Shown piece after piece: positions 34,942 to 41,496 of a stretch of DNA of 41,496 bases (its first letter is position 1; each line of letters begins with the position of its first letter). Position numbers and translations under genes: made by a program. Where the stretch lies: positions 1-41,496 of the forward strand of contig CALSCO010001406.1 of assembly GCA_943704415.1 (NCBI GenBank), written 5' to 3'. Below the pieces are notes generated by a model, which saw nothing but the letters and a program-made list of their open reading frames with translations, did no database searches and was not told the origin of the DNA. The DNA comes from Parvularia atlantis. Lineage: Eukaryota.

Positions 34942-36369
34942 TCACACCTCGTCCACCTGGCGCTGGTACAGGCCCGCGTTCTGGCTCTGCACGTACGACG
35001 TCGCGGCGGTCGTTGCCACGCCCACGGCGGCCTGCTGCACCGCGGGGTTCTGCGCTGCCGAGGAGAACGCCTGCAGCGCGCGCGCACCATCAGCGGTCAC
35101 AGCGCTACAGGCAGAGGGCAGCCGCGCACCTGGTTGCGCGCCTCCTGCAGCGTGTGGCCGCGCATGTTGTAGTTGCGGCGCACGGTGAAGAAGAGCCACG
35201 CAAACGTGCCCAGGTTGATGGCCCAGAGCACCAGCCCGACGAGCAGCACCGCGCCCTCGCCCTTGTGCGAGCCGCTCTCGTAGCCGAAGATAAAGATCGT
35301 GTTGATGAACCCGGCGCTGCCAGAGTCCTGGATGCCCACGACGATGTAGGCCATCCAGAGGATGTGCCAAAACCCAAAGAAGAAGAAGATGGTGTAGTAG
35401 CTGCACGCAAGCGCATGCGCACGTCAGGCACGGCGGATATGCACGGGGCGACGCACAAGGACGAGTCACGCGAGAAGGCGTTGTACACGGGCTTGTAGAC
35501 GAGGAAGAACGAGAGCGGGATGTTGATGACGACGTACCTGCGCGCCGGCTCAGCCACGCGCTCACAGCGAGGCAGGCGCACACAGCAGCGCACATGATGC
35601 TGTAGCCAAAGTCCTTGCCCGAGTAGCCCGCGATGAGCACGCTCATGCACCCGGCCAAGTTGACGATGTAGCACACGACGTTGAGCAGCCAGCTGTAGTA
35701 GAGCGTGAGCACGGTGCGCTGGTCCTGCGCGCCGCTGTCAGCGCCGATCGCCGACGCCGTCCGCCGGCCAGCGCGACGCACCGCCTTTGGGATCTCGTCC
35801 TTGATCGAGTGGTACAGGATCGGGTAGCACGGCGGCCAGTTCTTGACCTTGAGCGCGCCGGTGGGCGGTTGCTGTTGCTGCTGCTGCTGTTGCCACGGCG
35901 ACGTCACACACGACACATGCGACACGCCACGTTGCCACGCGCACCTGGTCGTAACCAGGCGGCGGGTTCTGCGCGGCCGCGAGCGCTTGCCTGTGCGCGC
36001 CACGTGAGCGCCGCGTGGGCCTCGTTCGACGGCGCGCACCGCTGCCGCTCCTGCTCCTCCTCGCGCAGCATCGCCTCGGCCTTCTGCCGCGCTACTGCGA
36101 GCTGCTCCGCCTCGGACATGCCGGGCGCCTGCTGCTGCTGCTGCTTCCAGGGCTGCAACTGCGGTTGGGGGTGCTCCCACCTGCCACGCTCGCGTGCGCA
36201 CCTTGTCGTCGTACGCCGGCGCGGCCGGCGGCGCGTACGTGTAGCCGAAGGTGGCGTCGGCCGCACCGCCCGTGTCGCTCAGCGCGCGCGTCACGGCCGC
36301 GTCGGCGAAGGGGTTGGCGTAGGTGCCCGCGACGTCGTCGTCGTCGTCGTCGGCGAACGGGTTCGCCAT
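34942..36369 (-). CDS. Secretory carrier membrane protein (SCAMP)
   Basis: Two N-terminal NPF motifs, VKNWPPCYPILYHSIKDEIP, four TMs, SFFLVYKPVYNAFSRDSSF E-peptide-like segment. Confidence 0.92.
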   Translation of the reverse strand: MANPFADDDDDDVAGTYANPFADAAVTRALSDTGGAADATFGYTYAPPAAPAYDDKVRTRAWQVGAPPTAVAALEAAAAAGARHVRGGAARSSAAEGRGDAARGGAGAAAVRAVERGPRGAHVARTGKRSRPRRTRRLVTTRCAWQRGVSHVSCVTSPWQQQQQQQQPPTGALKVKNWPPCYPILYHSIKDEIPKAVRRAGRRTASAIGADSGAQDQRTVLTLYYSWLLNVVCYIVNLAGCMSVLIAGYSGKDFGYSIMCAAVCACLAVSAWLSRRAGTSSSTSRSRSSSSTSPCTTPSRVTRPCASPRAYPPCLTCACACVQLLHHLLLLWVLAHPLDGLHRRGHPGLWQRRVHQHDLYLRLRERLAQGRGRGAARRAGALGHQPGHVCVALLHRAPQLQHARPHAAGGAQPGARLPSACSAVTADGARALQAFSSAAQNPAVQQAAVGVATTAATSYVQSQNAGLYQRQVDEV

Positions 36370-36439
36370 CTGCCTGTCTCGATCTGAAAAACAGACGTGG
36401 CGTTTCGCCTCACTGGCACGCGCAACAGCCGTGGCCGCG

Positions 36440-36490
36440 GATTGGCTGACGTAGACAGCGCTGATTGGCTGTAGTCGTGCGACCAATCGG
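36440..36490. promoter_or_regulatory. Three CCAAT boxes (36441, 36464 reverse; 36483 forward) and TGACGT in bidirectional promoter
   Basis: GATTGGCTGACGT...CTGATTGGCT...GACCAATCGG centred in the 200 bp gap between divergent ATGs 36369 and 36571. Confidence 0.65.
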
Positions 36491-36570
36491 AACGTGCTAT
36501 TTCCGCTTCTCATTCGACTCGACGCCGCCGTCAGCCGCCCGCCGCCGCGCGCGCCACACCGGACCGAGAG

Positions 36571-37767
36571 ATGAGCAGCGCGGCCGTGCGCGTGCAGCGC
36601 ATGCACCTGACGCTGCTGCTGGCCGTGGGCGTGCTCGTGCTCGTGGGCATGACGACGTACCAGGCACGTGGCGCCGTCTCTCTTCCTTCCCCGTACGCTG
36701 AGCCGCACGCGCCGCAGCTGCGCAGCCCGAAGCGCTCGTACGACGTGCGGCTGCAGATCGACCTCGGCGAGTTCAAGGAGGCCGCCGCGCCGGCCTTCGA
36801 GGAGGTGCCCGGTGCGGGATCCCGCGCTCGTCCTCTGGCGCCACGCGGGCAACTCATGCCGACGCCGCCCAGACGGCGACGAGGACATCTACGACGGGCT
36901 GGCGGCGTACTACTACGGCGACGAGTACGACGGCGACGACTACTACTCACAGCTGGAGACGCCGCCGGAGGGGTACGAGGCGGTAGACGGCGACGACTAC
37001 ATCCGCGACGACGGCGATGACTTTTACGCCGACGATCCGGACCGTGCGCCGCCCCTCGCAGCGAACCCTATCGATCCGCTCGCTGATCGGCGTCGCGCGC
37101 AGTTGTCGACGACGTCGTCGATCCGGACGAGCTCGGGCTGGACCTGTGGGGCGACGGCGAGGGCGAGAAGGCCGCGCAGGCCGCGCTCGAGCAGGAGCAG
37201 CGCAAGGCGGAGGAGGCGGCCAGGGCGCAGGCGGAGGCAGAGCTGGAGGAGGCCAAGCGGCAAAAGGCGGCACAGGTGGCGGCCGCGGCGGAGCTGGCCA
37301 AGAAGAAGGCCGAGGAAGCCAAGGCGGCGGAGGCGAAGGCTGCTGCCGAGGCGGCGGAGGCGAAGGCTGCTGTCGAGGCGGCGGAGGCGAAGGCCGCTGC
37401 TGAGGCGGCGGAGGCGAAGGCCGCTGCTGAGGCGGCGGAGGCGAAGGCTGCTGCCAAGGCGGCGGAGGCGAAGGCCGCTGCTGAGGCGGCGGAGGCGAAG
37501 GCCGCTGCTGAGGCTGTCGAGGCCGCTGCGAAGAAGAAGGCCGAGCAGGACGCGGCCGCGGCCGTCGAGCAGGAGAGGAAACAAGCCGCCGACAAGGCCA
37601 AGCCCGCTGCCGCCGCCGATGACAAGCCCGCTGCCGCCGATGACAAGCCCGCCGCCAGGGACGACGACGAGGCGTCCAAAGAGCTGCCCGAGCCCGATTC
37701 CGCTGAAACCAAGGCTGACGCGGGCGAGACCAAGGCTGACGGAGGCGAGACCAAGGCCGCCAGGTGA
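36571..37767 (+). CDS. Hypothetical signal-anchored protein with Asp/Tyr-rich segment and AEAKAAAE repeats
   Basis: Hydrophobic LTLLLAVGVLVLVGM, three introns restore a continuous frame, DY-rich exon, helical repeat, stop at 37765-37767. Confidence 0.7.
37318..37515 (+). repeat. 24-nt tandem repeat (~8 copies) encoding AEAKAAAE
   Basis: Unit gaggcggcggaggcgaaggcYgctgcY-like repeated in register. Confidence 0.9.
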
Positions 37768-37833
37768 AGTGTTCGCGCTGCGCTGTGTTATCCTTGTTTT
37801 GCTCGCTTGATCAGACAAAAAAAAAAGGCATCA

Positions 37834-39177
37834 TCACTTGGCGCCCTGCGGCCCCGCGCCGCCGCTTGCGGACGCCGCGCTCGCCGATGCCGCGCTCGCC
37901 GATGCCGCGCTCGCCGATGCCGCTGCAGCCGCCGCAGCCGCCGCGTGCGCCGACTCGGCCGCGCCCTCGCCGCCCTGCGCCGCCGCCGCACCCAGTACCT
38001 GCATGTACTGCTGCTGCGCCTGCTGCTGCTGGTAGAACTGCATCTGCATGCGCTGGTACTGTGCGCACGAACGTGTCAGCAAGCGTGCAACGGCTGCACC
38101 CGCCCGGCCGCACCATCGACATCATCGCCTCGGGCGTGACGTTCTGCGGCCAACACGAGAGGGTCAGCGCAGCGAGCGAGCGCGAGCAGGGACGCACCGG
38201 GTCCATCAGGCCCACGGCCGCCGGTGCTCCAACCGCGGGCGCGCCGGCAGTGGTGACGGGCACGTACTGCAGCCCCTGGTGTTGACGCAGGGCTTGCAGC
38301 TGCTGCTGGTACTGTGCGCACGCGAACGGTTTCAGCAGCCCGAGATGCGCAACGGCACACACACCTGCTGCAGCTGCTGCTGGTAGATGAGCTGCTGTTC
38401 AGCGGGCGAGCGCCCAGCCTGCGCGCGCGGACGGGTGAGCACAGCAAATCTCTCCCCTTGTCGGCTGGCTACGCACGTATTGGCTCAGGCCCTGCATCTC
38501 CATCTGGTAGTAGTACTGCTGCATCTCGGGCGAGGCCATCTGCGCCTGACGGTCAGCGGTCCGCGGCTGAGCACACGCGCGCGGCCTGTGCGACCGCGCA
38601 CCAGGTCCATCTTCTTCGACGACTTGGTGATGTCGTCGCGCGGGACGATGTCGATCAGGAAGTCAAAGATGTCGGTCTTCGTGATGGCCATGGCGACGTC
38701 GTTGCGCTGCGCGTTTGCACCGGTCAGCGCCACAAGTCACACAGCGCACCCACAAAACCTGCAGCGTGCGTCGCTTGTTCTCCTCCGTGTGGATCCACGC
38801 GCGCAGCGTCAGCTCGTGCACAAAGATCTCGCACGCCTTGGCAAACAGCACGGGCGCCTGTGCACGTGCGCAGCAGACGGTCAGCGCGCCGCGTGCGATC
38901 AAAAGGGGGGCATCGGCACCTCGGCGCTGATCATCTGGCGCGCCGCGTCGCATCAGCCCATCAGACGAGGACAGAGTCAAGCGCACCATCGGCTTGACGT
39001 CGTCGTCCGACTTCATGACCTTCTTGATGCGCGCGAGCGGCAGCTCCTGGTTCTTGAACTCGTCGGCGCGCTCGATCTTGAGCACTTGCTCGTGCCAGAA
39101 CTTGTTGAGGATCTGCTGCTGCTGCGGCGTCATGCCCTGCCCGAAGGTCTGCTGCTGCTGCTGTTGCTGCTGTGGCG

Positions 39178-39220
<43 letters not shown>

Positions 39221-39525
39221 GGCGACGAGCAGCGCGTGCTGCTGCTGCTGCTGCTGCAGCAGCGTCCCGGCCGCCTGCTGGTGGTGCAGCGCCTGCATAA
39301 ACGCCGGCATCGCCTGTTGCTGCTGCTGCTGCTGCTGTGTCGCCTGTGTCTGCGGCTGCGTCGCCTGGCTCGCCGCGCCGTCGCCGCCACCACTCGCCAC
39401 CACGTTCGTCACCGTCACGCCCATCGCCGCCACCGCGGCGCCGTCGCCGTGGCCATGGCCGTGGTGCTGCGAAGAGCGACGCGATTAAGGAGCCGGCGCG
39501 CCGTCGGCAACGGCCGCACCTCCAT
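37834..39525 (-). CDS. NFYC: CCAAT-binding factor subunit NF-YC (HAP5)
   Basis: FWHEQV...[86 protein letters not shown]-rich flanks. Confidence 0.96.
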
Positions 39526-39608
39526 AGCTGTCGCCGCTCCGGTCGCACGAAACAGTCGTGGACGGGGAAGCGTGACAAAAACACGCGGTTCGTCACCGAT
39601 CTCCACCG

Positions 39609-40502
39609 ATGGGCCTCATCGCGACGGCCCTCGCGGCGCTCGATCCGGCGTCGTTCGCGGCCGGCGCGGTGCTGGCGGCGACGGCGGGGTGGATGCTCGT
39701 GCTGCTGGGTGTGTGGGATGTGCGCGCGAAGGAGGAGAAGCCGCGCAAGGTGTGGCGCGAGCACGGCGACGAGGACGACGGCGACGCGCCCGAGGCAGAC
39801 GGCAGCGGGCCGACGGGGCCAGCGGTCGACCCGAACGAGGCGCCGCACATCGCGCTCGTGCACCAGCGACTGGGCGAGGACGAGATGCGGGCGCGGGCGC
39901 GGGCGTTCTACGAGCAGATGAACAGGCGCCGCACCGTGCGCTTCTTCGCGCCCGACCCGGTGCCGCGCGAGGTCATCGACGACATCGTGCGCACGGCCGG
40001 CACGGCGCCGTCGGGCGCGCACACCGAGCCGTGGACGTTCGTCGTCGTGGCCGACGCGGCCGTCAAGCGCATGGTGCGCGAGCTGGTCGAGGAGGAGGAG
40101 CGGGTCAACTACGAGCAGCGGATGGGCGCGCAGTGGGTGCAGGACCTGTCGCCGCTGGGCACGACATGGCAGAAGCCGTACTTGGACACGGCGCCGTACC
40201 TCGTGCTCCTGTTCAAGCAGACGTACGGCGTTGACCCAACCACGGGCGCGCGCAAGGTGCACTACTACAACGAGATCTCGGCGTCGATCGCAGCGGGCCT
40301 GCTGATCGCGGCCGTGCACGTGGCCGGCCTGGTCACGCTCACGAGCACGCCGCTCAACGCGGGCGGCCCGCTGCGCCGTCTGCTCAACCGCCCCGAGAAC
40401 GAGAAGCTGCTCATGCTTCTGCCCGTGGGCTACCCGGCGCGCGACGCGACCGTGCCCAACCTCAAGCGCAAGCCGCTGGAGGAGATCGCCGTCTACGTGT
40501 GA
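39609..40502 (+). CDS. IYD: Iodotyrosine deiodinase (nitroreductase fold), intronless, N-terminal membrane anchor
   Basis: [73 protein letters not shown]. Confidence 0.95.
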   Translation: MGLIATALAALDPASFAAGAVLAATAGWMLVLLGVWDVRAKEEKPRKVWREHGDEDDGDAPEADGSGPTGPAVDPNEAPHIALVHQRLGEDEMRARARAFYEQMNRRRTVRFFAPDPVPREVIDDIVRTAGTAPSGAHTEPWTFVVVADAAVKRMVRELVEEEERVNYEQRMGAQWVQDLSPLGTTWQKPYLDTAPYLVLLFKQTYGVDPTTGARKVHYYNEISASIAAGLLIAAVHVAGLVTLTSTPLNAGGPLRRLLNRPENEKLLMLLPVGYPARDATVPNLKRKPLEEIAVYV

Positions 40503-40588
40503 CACAACTGAACGCGCTGTTGTTTTGTGGCACGTACGCGGTGAAGCAAGGTGAACTGCGCAACTCGTTTGTCACCAGAGCCGACTGA

Positions 40589-41116
40589 TCAGCGCCTCTT
40601 ACAAAAGTGCCTTTTTAAACCTGAACTGAACTCCTTGTGCCACTGTGGAGCCGAGTCGTCCTTGGTGGCACCATTCTCCGGGCCCGAGGCAGCCTCAGGG
40701 GTTTCCCGCCGCATCACGAGCAGTGCTCGTGGTTCTTGAGATAAGCCAGGCCTGTTCCTGTTCAAACCAGACGCGATGTCCTTGATGGCGACGCTGCCGA
40801 CTCTGCTTGCTTGTTGCAGGTCGGCCACCTGACGGTCGAGGTCACCGCGTTGGTGGTCGGACGACTCGGAGACGCGAGCGTTGCTTGCCGTGACGGGCGT
40901 CTGGTCTTGGAAGAGAACACGAACGTCGTCGAGGTTCAGTTGTACCGGCGACATTGCCCGACCGTGCGCACACACGACACCTTGCCGAGGCTTGCAAACA
41001 TTTCGTGCAAAAGCAAACAAAGCGGAGTCGCTCACTGGAGCAGAGTGCGCAGACGGAAAAGACAAAATGGAGAGAAGTGGGTTCATAAAGCGCGAAAAGG
41101 TCTCTACGGTCAACAT
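40589..41116 (-). CDS. Possible orphan ORF in lower-GC segment
   Basis: Open frame of ~175 aa from ATG with no recognisable motif; composition unlike neighbours. Confidence 0.2.
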   Translation of the reverse strand: MLTVETFSRFMNPLLSILSFPSAHSAPVSDSALFAFARNVCKPRQGVVCAHGRAMSPVQLNLDDVRVLFQDQTPVTASNARVSESSDHQRGDLDRQVADLQQASRVGSVAIKDIASGLNRNRPGLSQEPRALLVMRRETPEAASGPENGATKDDSAPQWHKEFSSGLKRHFCKRR

Positions 41117-41187
41117 CGGATGGCGTCGCGGCGGCGTCACGGGCCGCGGTCGACACTCTGCAGACGACGCCTCGCACTCGCGCCGCG

Positions 41188-41496
41188 ATGGACCTCGCCC
41201 TCCGCAACGTGCCGCCGCAGCAGGACCCCGTGCCGCCGCTGGGCCCCGCGCCCACGCACAACAAGGTCGCGCAGCTCGCGGCCTTCACACACGACGAGGA
41301 GCACAGCCGCGCGCGGCTCACGTCGGACTTTGCCCTCGCGATCAAGTGCGCCGTCACGCCGTGCGCTGCATCGGGGGGTGAGCTGACGTGCGGATGCACA
41401 GCGACACCGACAACACGCAGCGGGCGGGCGCGCGCGGCCCGGCGTTGTTGCAAGACCAGCACTACCGCGAGAAGATGACGCAGTGCGTGCCCCCCC
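41188..41496 (+). CDS. Catalase N-terminus (probably large-subunit type), partial
   Basis: Removing intron 41346-41401 gives LTSDFALAINDTDNTQRAGARGPALLQDQHYREKMT, the conserved catalase N-arm preceding FDHERIPER; next donor at 41483. Confidence 0.8.

Noticed and set aside
1..41496. GST, Prx-like, IYD and catalase as a redox gene cluster
   Set aside because: They are spread over 41 kb among unrelated housekeeping genes; no sequence evidence of co-regulation.
1..41496. tRNA, rRNA or transposase genes
   Set aside because: None recognisable by eye.

Overview
Gene-dense, very GC-rich eukaryotic genomic DNA (not prokaryotic), with genes broken by many ~48-70 nt spliceosomal introns (donor mostly GTGCGY, branch-like CTSAC/CTGAG, acceptor YGCAG). 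The supplied ORF track is therefore mostly fragments and antisense shadows; gene models below were spliced by hand. About 18 protein genes: membrane-anchored GST (partial), GAR1, a C2 + Sec5-like IPT + Rab11-FIP-RBD protein, an ankyrin-TM-kinase, a vWA protein, a forkhead-PZP-multi-bromodomain protein, a group XII PLA2-like protein, a peroxiredoxin-like protein with a frameshifted Met/His-rich tail, a multi-FKBP/TPR immunophilin, a serpin, LRMDA-like LRR protein, an unconventional myosin, fatty acyl-CoA reductase, SCAMP, an acidic/AEAK-repeat membrane protein, NF-YC, an intronless iodotyrosine deiodinase and the start of a catalase. Gene content suggests a unicellular relative of animals/fungi (inference). 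Most notable: unusual domain fusions, the Prx + Met/His tail, frequent GC-AG introns and complementary intron ends. All family assignments are from motif recognition by eye; no database search was run.
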